From NCBI GenBank assembly GCA_963668695.2, contig CAXXLQ010000004.1, positions 3,616,001-3,680,000 on the forward strand: a DNA stretch of 64,000 nt. The letters are read 5' to 3'. The notes beneath the pieces were generated by a model. The model made no database searches and had not been told where the DNA came from. It worked only from the letters and a program-made list of their open reading frames with translations. The stretch comes from Vicinamibacteria bacterium. Its GTDB lineage: Bacteria > Acidobacteriota > Vicinamibacteria > Marinacidobacterales > Marinacidobacteraceae. This document shows positions 40,667-50,087 of this stretch, in pieces. Each line of letters starts with the position of its first letter. Within the stretch, counting starts at the first letter, position 1. A program made the position numbers and the translations under genes.

Positions 40667-41100
40667 GGCCCACGCTCCGATTCACGAATCGCGCCCTCCG
40701 CGATCTCAAGCGTCTCGACGCACCAACCCACGCGCGGATCCTGGCGGGGATCAAGCAATACGTGGACTCTCCTCCTGCTAACAGCCTGTGGTGAAACCCA
40801 AGCGGCGTTCGAGCGGCGATCCATCCCGTCTGAACCACGCCGCTTTGCGGCGCTCTGCGTTGCGTTTCGGTCGAAATACACCCGGTATTCCTCCCTCACG
40901 CGCCTTGTCAGCCGGGCGCCTCGCCGCTCTCGGCGCTCACCCGGGTTCCACCACAGGCTGCTAAGGCAGTTCGGCTCAAGGGCGCCGGCGACACCTTACG
41001 TATCCGGATCGGCGACTGGCGAGTGTTGTTCGTTTTTCAGACGGTGGAGAACGTCGTCGAGATCCAACGGGTAGTGCATCGCTCTCAGGCGTATCGGTGA
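40663..41100 (+). pseudogene. RelE/ParE family toxin interrupted by a MITE-like element
   Basis: Removing 40782-40964 restores MRPTLRFTNRALRDLKRLD...AKAVRLKGAGDTLRIRIGDWRVLF...IQRVVHRSQAYR*. Confidence 0.88.
40778..40964. mobile_element. Hairpin MITE-like element, copy H (179 bp plus CTAA duplication)
   Basis: CTAA-CAGCCTGTGGTG...CACCACAGGCTG-CTAA inside a CDS; lacks the 20-mer. Confidence 0.9.
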
Positions 41101-41109
41101 GCCGTGTGA

Positions 41110-41314
41110 CCGGAGCTCGAGTTCCCAGGAGTCCGCGCTGTGACGGAACCCGCAGTCCAACCCGATCCCTTCCTGGCGATGCTGCTCAGCTGCTCCGGCC
41201 GACAACGAAGAGTTGAGCGACCGAGCGCGGCAAGCCATCCGGGAGGGAGACGCAGAGATTGACGCCGGCGGGGTTCACAGCACAGAAGACCTGGAACGGG
41301 AATTCGGACTCTGA
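41110..41314 (+). pseudogene. Frameshifted paralog of the 40403 antitoxin
   Basis: RAVTEPAVQPDPFLAML / AAPADNEELSDRARQAIREG...HSTEDLEREFGL*; frameshift near 41188. Confidence 0.7.
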
Positions 41315-41441
41315 CGCGTTCCGTCGCCTGGTCCACCCGCGCCCGCCGTATGTCCCGACGGTTCTCCACGGGAGCGAGGCGTATCGCTGATCCGCGCGCG
41401 GCAACGACGCCATCCCGCCCGCGTGATGGGCGGCCCAGGTC

Positions 41442-42371
41442 TCAGTCCGGGAGGACCGGCGCGGTGCGCTCGGTGATCAGCCCGTAGTGCTCGGTCCGCC
41501 GGTGGCGGGCGAAGTCGAACACATGGCGCTTGAGATCCGCCCCGAGATCGAGGTCGCAGTCGGCAACGATCAGTTCGTCGCCCTCGCCCACCGATTCCGC
41601 GACGATCTCCCCATTCGGCGAAACGATCGCCGACCCCGCGATCAGGCGGTTGCCGTCCTCGACGCCGCACTTCGCCGCCGCCACCACCCAGGTGGCGTTC
41701 TGGTAAGCGCCGGCCTGGAGCGAGAGACGGTGGTGGAACATCCGGAGGTGCGCCGGCTCCCGGTGGTGGATGTTCACCTCCGGGGTGTTGTAGCCGAGCA
41801 GGATCATCTCGACGCCCTGAAGGCCCAACACGCGGTAGGTCTCCGGCCAGCGGCGGTCGTTGCAGATGCACATCCCGAACACCCCGCCGAAGGCGCGCCA
41901 CACCGGGAAACCCAGGTCCCCGACCTCGAAGTAACGCTTTTCGAGGTGCTGGAAAGGAGCCTCGGGCAGGTGTTCCGAGTGCCCGGGGAGATGGATCTTC
42001 CGGTACTTCGCGAGGATCTCGCCGCGGTCCACCAGGATCGCGGTATTGAAATGCCGGACCTGGTCCGCTTCGCGCACGAGTTCGGCGTACCCGAGATGGA
42101 ACCCCACGCCGAGCCGCCGCGAGGCATCGAACAGGGCCTGGGTTTCCGGCCCGGGCATCGCGGTCTCGAAGTAGATGTCCGCGGCCGACGCGTCCTCGAA
42201 GAAGGTGCGGGGAAAGAAGGTGGTCAGGGTGAGTTCCGGGAAGATGACAAGGCGGCAGCCTCCGGCGGTAGCCCGCTCGAGGAGGACCAGTAGCCGCTCG
42301 ACGACCTGCGCCCGCGTCTCGTCGGGTTGGATGCCGCCGACTTGGGCGGCGGCGACCTGGAGTGCGCGCAC
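41442..42371 (-). CDS. N-carbamoyl-D-amino acid hydrolase (nitrilase superfamily)
   Basis: FPELTLTTFFPR, YRKIHLPGH, QHLEKRYF, ICNDRRWPETYR. Confidence 0.9.
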   Translation of the reverse strand: MRALQVAAAQVGGIQPDETRAQVVERLLVLLERATAGGCRLVIFPELTLTTFFPRTFFEDASAADIYFETAMPGPETQALFDASRRLGVGFHLGYAELVREADQVRHFNTAILVDRGEILAKYRKIHLPGHSEHLPEAPFQHLEKRYFEVGDLGFPVWRAFGGVFGMCICNDRRWPETYRVLGLQGVEMILLGYNTPEVNIHHREPAHLRMFHHRLSLQAGAYQNATWVVAAAKCGVEDGNRLIAGSAIVSPNGEIVAESVGEGDELIVADCDLDLGADLKRHVFDFARHRRTEHYGLITERTAPVLPD

Positions 42372-42456
42372 GGAGCCCGGATTGTAGGAGCCGCCAACGA
42401 GGACGGAGCCGCCGGACCGGATCGCAGAGCAGATCGAGCGAGGGCGCCCGCCCTCT

Positions 42457-42864
42457 TCAGTGCTCGCTCGGCGATATCAGACGGACGGAGGGAAAGTAGG
42501 TGCGGAACCGGGAGCCATCGCGAGTGAGCAGGGTGATATCCGCCACTTCAGCATGGGCGCCGATGAAAAAATCAGGGAGCGGAGAGGATCGAACTCCGCC
42601 GGCTCGCCGGTAGCGGCGAAAGGCGCGTCCGGCCACGAACGCCGCCTCGTAGGGGAGGTTCAACCGCTCCAGCATGAGTTCTTCCAAGCCGGCGTCCAGG
42701 GAAGCGCGGTCCTCGAATCTGACGGAAATCTCCGCGTAAATGAGTGGATTGATTCCCACGGCACCGATGGCGAGTGCATCGCCAAGGGCCTGTTTCGACC
42801 AGCTACTCCACGCAGGGTCTTCGCCAAAGATGTCGAGCAGAACATTCGAGTCAGCGAGAACCAC
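42457..42864 (-). CDS. VapC/PIN toxin
   Basis: LADSNVLLD, IYAEIS, PLPDFFIGAHA, LLTRD. Confidence 0.9.
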   Translation of the reverse strand: MVLADSNVLLDIFGEDPAWSSWSKQALGDALAIGAVGINPLIYAEISVRFEDRASLDAGLEELMLERLNLPYEAAFVAGRAFRRYRRAGGVRSSPLPDFFIGAHAEVADITLLTRDGSRFRTYFPSVRLISPSEH

Positions 42865-43095
42865 TCAGTCTTCCCCTCGGGTAAGCCGCATCACCTCGTC
42901 AGTAGAAAGCCCCCGGCCCGCTATCCCGGTGGCTCTCCGAATGCGTTCCTCGATGAGTTCGCGCTTGCTCAGCAACGGACGGATTACGGCCGCTCCGTCA
43001 GTCTCCTCGAAGCGGACCTCCGTCCCCGGAAGCAGCCCCAGCCGGCGTCGCAGACGCTGGGGAATGGTCACCTGGCCCTTGGTCGTGATCTTCAT
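42865..43095 (-). CDS. AbrB/MazE-type (VapB) antitoxin
   Basis: MKITTKGQVTIP..LGLLPGTEVRF..STDEVMRLTRG. Confidence 0.9.
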   Translation of the reverse strand: MKITTKGQVTIPQRLRRRLGLLPGTEVRFEETDGAAVIRPLLSKRELIEERIRRATGIAGRGLSTDEVMRLTRGED

Positions 43096-43101
43096 GTCGA
43101 T

Positions 43102-43130
43102 AGTATGACTTTACAAAGTCTTACTGGCAA
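43102..43130 (-). promoter_or_regulatory. Putative sigma70 promoter with overlapping palindromic operator for the vapBC pair (probably leaderless)
   Basis: TTGCCA-17 nt-CATACT, 6 nt before the ATG; palindrome GTATGACTTT-AC-AAAGTCTTAC at 43103-43124. Confidence 0.65.
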
Positions 43131-43270
43131 TATTCTTACATCCAAACTCGGAGGAGACTGGGGGGAGAACGTCCGCCCGCCCCCGGACTGCACCTTGCTT
43201 GGGTCGTCTTTTCACCCCTGGCGACCGCCGTCCAACGAGGCCGCGCCGGATCGCGTTCCATAATCGCGTG

Positions 43271-44932
43271 ATGCGTGCCTCGCCCTCCGCCCCGTTTCTG
43301 TTGGCAGTCCTGATCGCGGGCTGCAGTCCCACCGAGCCGCCGCCCGCCCGCCCCAACATCCTCGTCCTCATGGCCGACGATCTCGGCTACACCGACATCG
43401 GGGCCTTCGGCGGCGAGATCCGGACTCCGAACCTGGACGCGCTGGCCGCGTCGGGATTGCGGTTCACAAGCTTCTACACCGCCGCCACCTGCTCCCCGAC
43501 CCGCGCGATGCTGCTCTCCGGAGTGGATCATCACCGGGCCGGGCTCGGGGGCATGGCGAGCCTGATGGGGGACGACCTCGAGGGCCGGATCGGCTACGAG
43601 GGGTACCTGAACGAGCACGTCCTCCACCTGCCGGCGGTGCTGCGCAGCGCGGGGTACCACACTTCGATCGCCGGGAAGTGGCACCTCGGCCAGGCGGCGG
43701 ACCAGAGCCCCCCGACCCGCGGATTCGACCGCTCCTTCGTCCTCCTCACGGGGGCGGCCAGCCATTTCGAGGACGCCGCGCCCGTGGACACCCTCGACGA
43801 CATCCACTACCGGCGCGACGGAGAGATCGTTCCCGCGCTTCCGGAGGGCTTCTACTCGACCCGGGCCTATACCGACGAACTGATCGGCTACATCCGGGAG
43901 GCGGGCGAAGCGGGCCAGCCGTTCTTCGCCCTCGGGACGTACACCGCGCCGCACTGGCCGCTCCAGGTCCCCGACGAGTTCCTCGACCTCTACGCCGGCG
44001 CCTACGACGACGGCTGGGAGGAACTGGCCGGACGGCGCGTCGCCGGAGCGAAGCGGGCCGGCGTGATTCCGGAAGACGCGGTCCTCCCGCCGCTGCCCAA
44101 CTATTCCCGGCGCTGGGACGAACTGAGCGACGAAGAGCGCCGGGTCGAGGCCCGGAAGATGGAGCTCTACGCCGCCATGGTCGAACGGCTCGACCACCAC
44201 GTGGGCCGGCTGATCGCGGCGCTCCGCGAACTCGGGGAGTTCGACAACACCCTGATCGTCTTCTTCTCCGATAACGGCGCGGCCGGCGAGGACGTGAGCC
44301 GACTCGCCGACAACCAGACCTTCCTGCCCGAGCGCTTCGATCTCTCCTACGAGACCATGGGCCGCCTGAACTCGTTCGTGTACTACGGCCCCGAGTGGGC
44401 CAGCGCGGCGAGCGGCCCCTACCGCTACTTCAAGCAGTTCGTCCACGAGGGCGGCATTCGGGTGCCCGGCTTCGCGGTCGTTCCCCCAACCCTCGCCGAG
44501 CGGCTTCCGGGTGCCACGACCGGCGCCTTCGTTCACGTGACCGACCTGTTTCCCACCTTCCTCGAGCTCGCGGGGGCGGAAATGCCGGCCCCGGAGGACA
44601 AGATCCTGCCGGTCGGGCAGTCCATCGTTCCCCTGCTGCGCGGCGAAGTGGAGACGGTCCACCTCGAACCCACGGGCGGCTGGGAGATCTTCGGCCGCCG
44701 CGCGATCCGCAAGGGTCCGTGGAAGGCCGCCTGGCTGGCCCCGCCGCTCGGGAAGGGCGACTGGGCGCTCTACAACCTGGACGATGACCCGGGCGAGTTG
44801 ACAGACCTCGCCGGCGAGCGCCCGGAGGTGCTCACGGAACTCCTCGCCGCGTGGGACGACTATGTGGAGGAGAACGGAGTCATCGTGGTGGAGGAGGACC
44901 GGGCCTTCGGCCCGCCGCGACTCCAGCGTTGA
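43271..44932 (+). CDS. Arylsulfatase, Cys-type, lipoprotein
   Basis: PNILVLMADDLG, CSPTRAMLLSG, GKWHLG, APHWP, SDNG. Confidence 0.93.
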   Translation: MRASPSAPFLLAVLIAGCSPTEPPPARPNILVLMADDLGYTDIGAFGGEIRTPNLDALAASGLRFTSFYTAATCSPTRAMLLSGVDHHRAGLGGMASLMGDDLEGRIGYEGYLNEHVLHLPAVLRSAGYHTSIAGKWHLGQAADQSPPTRGFDRSFVLLTGAASHFEDAAPVDTLDDIHYRRDGEIVPALPEGFYSTRAYTDELIGYIREAGEAGQPFFALGTYTAPHWPLQVPDEFLDLYAGAYDDGWEELAGRRVAGAKRAGVIPEDAVLPPLPNYSRRWDELSDEERRVEARKMELYAAMVERLDHHVGRLIAALRELGEFDNTLIVFFSDNGAAGEDVSRLADNQTFLPERFDLSYETMGRLNSFVYYGPEWASAASGPYRYFKQFVHEGGIRVPGFAVVPPTLAERLPGATTGAFVHVTDLFPTFLELAGAEMPAPEDKILPVGQSIVPLLRGEVETVHLEPTGGWEIFGRRAIRKGPWKAAWLAPPLGKGDWALYNLDDDPGELTDLAGERPEVLTELLAAWDDYVEENGVIVVEEDRAFGPPRLQR

Positions 44933-44965
44933 CGCATTCCGGCCAGGGGCCGGTCCGCCGGGTTC

Positions 44966-46435
44966 CTACTTCAGGAAGTCCTTCGCGCCGAACCGGCGGG
45001 CGAGCGCCACGGACCAGGAAGGACGCCCCAGCGGAGCGGCGGCGGCCGGCCGGTCCCGAACGATGAACCGGCCGCTTCCCGGCAGAGCGCGCGGCTGACC
45101 GTCCCGGACCACAACCTCGCCGCGCCGGAGCACGGTCTCCGGAAACCCCTTGATCTGGCGGCCCTCGTAGGGCGAATACCCGACGTGGTCGTGGAGATCC
45201 TCCCAGCGAATGTCCACCACCTGGTCGGGATTCCAGATCGCGAGGTCGGCGTCGCTTCCGGGCTGGATCGTTCCTTTTCTGGGATAGAGGCCGAAAAGCC
45301 GCGCGGGCGCTTCGCAACAGACGGCAACGAAGCGCTGGAGGCTGATCCGCGCCTTGCCGACGCCTTCCGAGAAGAGCAGCGGCATCCGTAGTTCGACCCC
45401 TGGCACCCCGTTGCAGATCTTCGGGAAGGGCGGCTCGGGACCGGCCGCCAGCTTCCCCTTGTCGTCGAATCTGTAGGGGGCGTGGTCCGAACTCACCACG
45501 TCGAAGGTTCCGTTCGCGATTCCCTCCCAGAGCGCCTCCTGGCACTCCTCGTCGCGGGGCGCCGGGCTACAGCAGAACTTGGCGCCCTCCATGCCTGGCT
45601 TGTCGAGGTCCTCCGCAGTGAGCAGGAGGTACTGGGGACAGGTCTCGGCGAACACCTTGAGCCCGCGCCGCCGGGCGGCCGCGATCTCTTCCGCGGCTTC
45701 TTTCGAGGAGACGTGGACGACGTAGAGGGGCGCGTCCACGAGTTCGGAGAGCTCGATGGCGCGTCCGGTGGCTTCGCTCTCGGCGAGCTTCGGGTGGCCG
45801 GCGGCGTGGAACTTCGGGGCCTTATGGCCTTGTCCGACGAGGCGCTCCGAGAGCCAGCCGATCATGTCGTGGTTCTCGGCGTGGACCATGGTGAGCGCGC
45901 CCATGCGCCGCGCCGCTTCCAGCACGTCGAGGAACTGGCGGTCATCCAGACGCACCAGGTCGTAGGTCATGTAGATCTTGAAGGAAACGACTCCTTCGTC
46001 CACGAGCTGCGGAATCTCCGTCTCGAGCGCCTGCGGCGTGGGGTCGGAGACGATCAGGTGGAACCCGTAGTCGGAAACCGCCTTCGGTCCCGCAGCCTCG
46101 TGGTAGGCGGCCACCACTTCCCGCGGCGACGCTCCCCGTCCCTGCACCGCGAAGGAGAGCACCGTCGTCGTCCCCCCGCACACCGCCGAGACCGTCCCCG
46201 AGTGGTAGTCGTCGGCGCACATCAATCCCATCGAGGACTTCTGCTCGATGTGGGTGTGCGCGTCCACCCCGCCGGGAATGACCAGCCGGCCCTTCGCGGA
46301 GATCTCTTCCTCTCCCGCGCCGAGTCCCGGCGCGACGGCCTGCACCACACCCCCCGAAATCCCGACGTCCGTGGACCGGACGCCGTCGGCGGTCACCACG
46401 GTCCCGCCGCGCACCACCGTTTCGAAATCAGGCAT
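44966..46435 (-). CDS. hydA: Dihydropyrimidinase / D-hydantoinase
   Basis: PGGVDAHTH, GGTTT, SFKIYMTY, VHAEN, ETCPQYL, SSDHAP, GSDAD. Confidence 0.92.
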   Translation of the reverse strand: MPDFETVVRGGTVVTADGVRSTDVGISGGVVQAVAPGLGAGEEEISAKGRLVIPGGVDAHTHIEQKSSMGLMCADDYHSGTVSAVCGGTTTVLSFAVQGRGASPREVVAAYHEAAGPKAVSDYGFHLIVSDPTPQALETEIPQLVDEGVVSFKIYMTYDLVRLDDRQFLDVLEAARRMGALTMVHAENHDMIGWLSERLVGQGHKAPKFHAAGHPKLAESEATGRAIELSELVDAPLYVVHVSSKEAAEEIAAARRRGLKVFAETCPQYLLLTAEDLDKPGMEGAKFCCSPAPRDEECQEALWEGIANGTFDVVSSDHAPYRFDDKGKLAAGPEPPFPKICNGVPGVELRMPLLFSEGVGKARISLQRFVAVCCEAPARLFGLYPRKGTIQPGSDADLAIWNPDQVVDIRWEDLHDHVGYSPYEGRQIKGFPETVLRRGEVVVRDGQPRALPGSGRFIVRDRPAAAAPLGRPSWSVALARRFGAKDFLK

Positions 46436-46528
46436 CGGAAGCGCGCAATTCTAAAGGGGACCCGTCCGTTACCGTTGCCCGCTTCCCGGAACCGGCCAAG
46501 CGTGCGCCCGGGGAGGGAGTCTTGAGCG

Positions 46529-46833
46529 ATGAGCCCGCGGGAACTGGTGGAAGCCTTCTACTTCGAGGTCTGGAACCGGGCTGACGAGGACCGGGCCCGG
46601 GAGATCCTGCACGACTCCTTCCGCTTCCGGGGATCGCTGGGCGCCGAACGGATCGGACCCGACGGATTCATCGCCTACCTGCGGGACGTCCATCGCGCGC
46701 TCGGCGACTACCGCTGCATCATCGACGACCTCGTCGTGGAGGAGGATCGAGCCGCGGCGCGCATGCGCTTCACAGGCCGCCACCGGGACGTGTTCCAGGG
46801 CGTACCCGCCACCGGCCGGCAGATCACCTGGGG
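46529..46833 (+). pseudogene. SnoaL-like ester cyclase, 3'-truncated
   Basis: LVEAFYFEVWN..AARMRFTGRH..FQGVPATGRQITW, then runs into the antisense of the permease remnant. Confidence 0.7.
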
Positions 46834-47811
46834 CCGCCACGATCAACGGGTCCCTGAGCGCCTGCAGCAACAAGCGCTGCGGCGTGGCGCCCACCGCCAC
46901 CCGCACGGCGAGTTCCTGCCGTTTGGTGAGCTCCAACGCCAGAAACAGGGCGCCGACGTTGACGATCGCCACGAGCATCACGAGAGCGCTCGCCGCCAGC
47001 AGCAGAAGAATGATGGGACGCACGTCGCCAAGCAGGTCGTCGTCGAAGGTCTCGGCCGACGCGGTCATGCCGCGCAGCGTCACGGGAAGCACCGCGAGGT
47101 CGCTCTGGAGGTAGTTCGTGAGTTCGGACGCGGACTGGTCGACCGTCGCGCCAGGCGCTAGACGGCCGACCAGGTACACATAGAAGTCTGGCGGGCCGGT
47201 TTCCGCGACGGGGCGGAACGGACGCGCCGTCGCCCACACCTCGGTCTGGGCTGGAAATCCGAAGCCACGAGGCATGACCGCGACAATCGCCGCCGCCTGC
47301 TCTCGAATTGTGAGCACGCGGCCGGCGCCGCGGCCACACTGTCATCTTCCGCCCGGATGGTGCGGCCAAGCAGGGGCGTGACGCCGAGCACGTTGAATAG
47401 ATTCCCGGTGACGAACGCGACCTTGAGGTTCACGCCCTCCCCTTGCTCGCGCACGGGGTGGGTGGCCGCACCGTGATAATCGACCCCGGCGACGGCGGAG
47501 AGCGTCTCCGGCGAGGCGTCCACGAATCCCTTGAACGCGGCGTAAGGGACCGGCACGCGCTGCGCTCCGACGGCCCGATCGACGCCCCACAGCACCGACA
47601 ATTGCCGTTGCTCATGCACGGGCAAAGGCCGCATGAGCACAGCATCGGCGATGCTGAACGTCGCGGCAGAGGCGCCAATACCGATCGCGAGGGTCGCCAC
47701 CGCGACGAGACTGAGGGTCGGCCGCTTCGCGGCCGTGCGTAGCGCACGCGCCAACTGGCGCCCAAGCTCACGCAGGTGATCGACCGATGTCGGGCCTGGA
47801 CTGGACGGCAT
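46834..47811 (-). pseudogene. ADOP/MacB-like ABC permease remnant, frameshifted and truncated
   Basis: TLAIGIGASAATFS..VLMRPLP; frame change near 47320; IVAVMP..GRLAPG..ELAVRVAVGA; second half absent. Confidence 0.8.
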
Positions 47812-47874
47812 CGTCAGATCCTCCGGTCGCTCCCGGGCATCTCCTCTGATCGCTGTGGATCGTGAGTTTCCCGC

Positions 47875-48363
47875 CTACTCCTTCACCACCCGTCCGAACA
47901 TGAACCCCCCGACCTCGCCGTGGTCCCAGGTGCCGGCGTAGCGGTCGCCGTCGAAGACGACGGTCGCGCCAAACTCGCTGCCCAGACCGGGGATCTCGAC
48001 GTCCACCAGCCGGATCATCGGCACGTTCCCGGCCCAGAGGATCGGAACCACCACCGGCAGGGTGACGTCCACGTCCCCGTAGGTGATCCGGGCATCGAAC
48101 CGCCACCGGGCGCCGTCCAGTTTCGTCACCCCCGCGATCTCGTAGCGGTCGCGGTAGACACCCTCCCGAGGTTCCGGCCAGGCCACGGTGAAGCTGCCGT
48201 CGAGGACAACATCGCGCATGCTTTCCTCGAAGACGCGCTCGCGCTCTTCGAGCGTCGCCTCCGGGGCGACCCGTCCCACTCCGATCCCCGAAGCGAGCCA
48301 GCCGGCGCCCCAGGCGAGAGCGAGCAGCGACACGAGCGCTGCAACCTTCAGGATGTTTCGCAT
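47875..48363 (-). CDS. Hypothetical exported/membrane protein
   Basis: GGAGG RBS; hydrophobic N-terminus; normal codon usage; YAGTWDHGEVGGFMFG. Confidence 0.7.
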   Translation of the reverse strand: MRNILKVAALVSLLALAWGAGWLASGIGVGRVAPEATLEERERVFEESMRDVVLDGSFTVAWPEPREGVYRDRYEIAGVTKLDGARWRFDARITYGDVDVTLPVVVPILWAGNVPMIRLVDVEIPGLGSEFGATVVFDGDRYAGTWDHGEVGGFMFGRVVKE

Positions 48364-48390
48364 GGACGAGCCTCCAGAACGGGGATGACG

Positions 48391-48685
48391 TTAGCAGCCG
48401 GTGGACAAAGTCACGCGGCATTCCCGAGCCAGAAGAGATGGGGGTCGGGTGCCCCCGTCCCCCGTCTCTTCCGCTCCGGGGTCTCCGCGGTGCTGGCGCC
48501 CCGCTCCGGAAGCGGCCGGCGATACATCCCGGCTGAAACGCGCCGCTTCGCGGCACTCGTCGTTGCGCTTCGGTCGAAATACACCCGGGCCAGTTCTCCC
48601 GGTGGGGGCTCCTCCCTCGCGCGCCTTGTCAGCCGGGCGCCTCGCCAGCCTCGGTGCTCACGCGACTTTGCCCACCGGCTGCTAG
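48391..48685. mobile_element. Hairpin MITE-like element, copy I, carrying the 1790-type module
   Basis: TTAG-CAGCCGGTGGACAAAGTCACG...CGCGACTTTGCCCACCGGCTG-CTAG. Confidence 0.8.
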
Positions 48686-48722
48686 CAGCAGCCCGGTGGG
48701 CGGCCGCTATCCTGTTTACGCG

Positions 48723-50069
48723 ATGAATTCCTCGGCTCCGGTGGCGGAAAACCTCGACCGGGCGCCTACTCCGGAAGACCAGGCTGCGGCCACTGCGCAT
48801 CTCCGTCGGGCGGAGAAAGAGGCGGCGCGATCGCGGCGAATCCCCGAGGGCGTGAGCGGCCGGGCGGTCGAATCAGCCGGGTTGGTGGGTTTCGGCACCA
48901 TGGGACGCGGGATCGCGCGCTCCTTCGCGGCGGCGGGGATCCCGGTGACGGTCTTCGAAGCGTCGGACGGAGCGTGGGCGCGGGGCGAAGCGGCCGTCGC
49001 GGGCAGCCTCTCACGAGCGGTGGGCAGAGGGAAGATCGAAACCGCAGAGGCGGAACGCCGGATGGCGCGGATCCGCCGGGCCGACAGGTTTGAGGACCTG
49101 GGCGGTGCCGACTTCTTCGTGGAGGCGGTGTTCGAGGAGATCGGCGTGAAACGCGACGTCTTCACGCGCCTCGACAAGGTCGCGAAACCGGAAGCGGTGC
49201 TCGCGACGAACACCTCCTCGCTCGACGTGAACGAAATCGCCGCCGCCACCCGGAGGCCCGAAGCCGTCGTTGGGACCCACTTCTTCAGCCCGGCGCACGT
49301 CATGCGTCTCCTGGAAGTGGTGGTGGGCGACGCGACCTCCGCCGCGACCCTCGCTACGGCAATGGAGCTCGGGGTGCGGCTCGGTAAGGCGCCGGTGCCG
49401 GTCGGGGTCTGCGACGGCTTCGTCGGGAACCGGATGCTCTACGCGTACCGCCGGCAGGCTGATCGGCTGCTGCTCGAGGGGGCACTCCCCGAGCAGGTGG
49501 ATCGCGCGCTCTGCGATTTCGGGTTCCGGATGGGGCCCTTCGCGGTCGCCGATCTGGCCGGCCTCGACATCGGCCGCGCAGTGCGCCTCCGGCTGGCTCG
49601 CGAGGCCGAATCCCGGGGCGAGCCGCCTCCCCCGCCGAACGTGGCGGACCGGCTCTGCGAGCGCGGCTGGTTGGGCCAGAAGACCGGCCGGGGGTTCTAC
49701 TCCTACCAACCCGGCGACCGGACTCCCCGCCCCGATCCGGAGGTGGCCGAGATCACGCGCCGGGAGTCCGCGGCACAGGGCTTCGAGCGCCGGGAGGTGG
49801 AGGCCCGCGAGATCCTCGAGCGCTGTCTCTTCGCGCTCGTGAACGAGGGCGCCCGGATCCTCGCCGAAGGGATCGCCGAGCGGGAGGGTGACGTGGACGT
49901 GGTCTGGACCCTCGGCTACGGGTTTCCACGGGACCGCGGCGGCCCCATGCACTGGGCGCGACGCCAGGTCGGATTGGACCGGGTCATCGGGTCGCTCGGG
50001 CGCCTCGCCGATGAGACGCGCGATCCGCAGCTCGCGCCGTCGGCGGGCTTGGCAGCGCTCGCCAGCTGA
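48723..50069 (+). CDS. 3-hydroxyacyl-CoA dehydrogenase
   Basis: GFGTMGRGIA, EAVFE, LATNTSSL, GTHFFSPA, GFVGNRML, MGPF..DLAGLD. Confidence 0.92.
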   Translation: MNSSAPVAENLDRAPTPEDQAAATAHLRRAEKEAARSRRIPEGVSGRAVESAGLVGFGTMGRGIARSFAAAGIPVTVFEASDGAWARGEAAVAGSLSRAVGRGKIETAEAERRMARIRRADRFEDLGGADFFVEAVFEEIGVKRDVFTRLDKVAKPEAVLATNTSSLDVNEIAAATRRPEAVVGTHFFSPAHVMRLLEVVVGDATSAATLATAMELGVRLGKAPVPVGVCDGFVGNRMLYAYRRQADRLLLEGALPEQVDRALCDFGFRMGPFAVADLAGLDIGRAVRLRLAREAESRGEPPPPPNVADRLCERGWLGQKTGRGFYSYQPGDRTPRPDPEVAEITRRESAAQGFERREVEAREILERCLFALVNEGARILAEGIAEREGDVDVVWTLGYGFPRDRGGPMHWARRQVGLDRVIGSLGRLADETRDPQLAPSAGLAALAS

Positions 50070-50087
50070 TCCGGTGAGGCCGCTCGT

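Noticed and set aside
46469-47317. Novel SnoaL or permease fusion proteins
   Set aside because: Products of the deletion junction reading into antisense sequence
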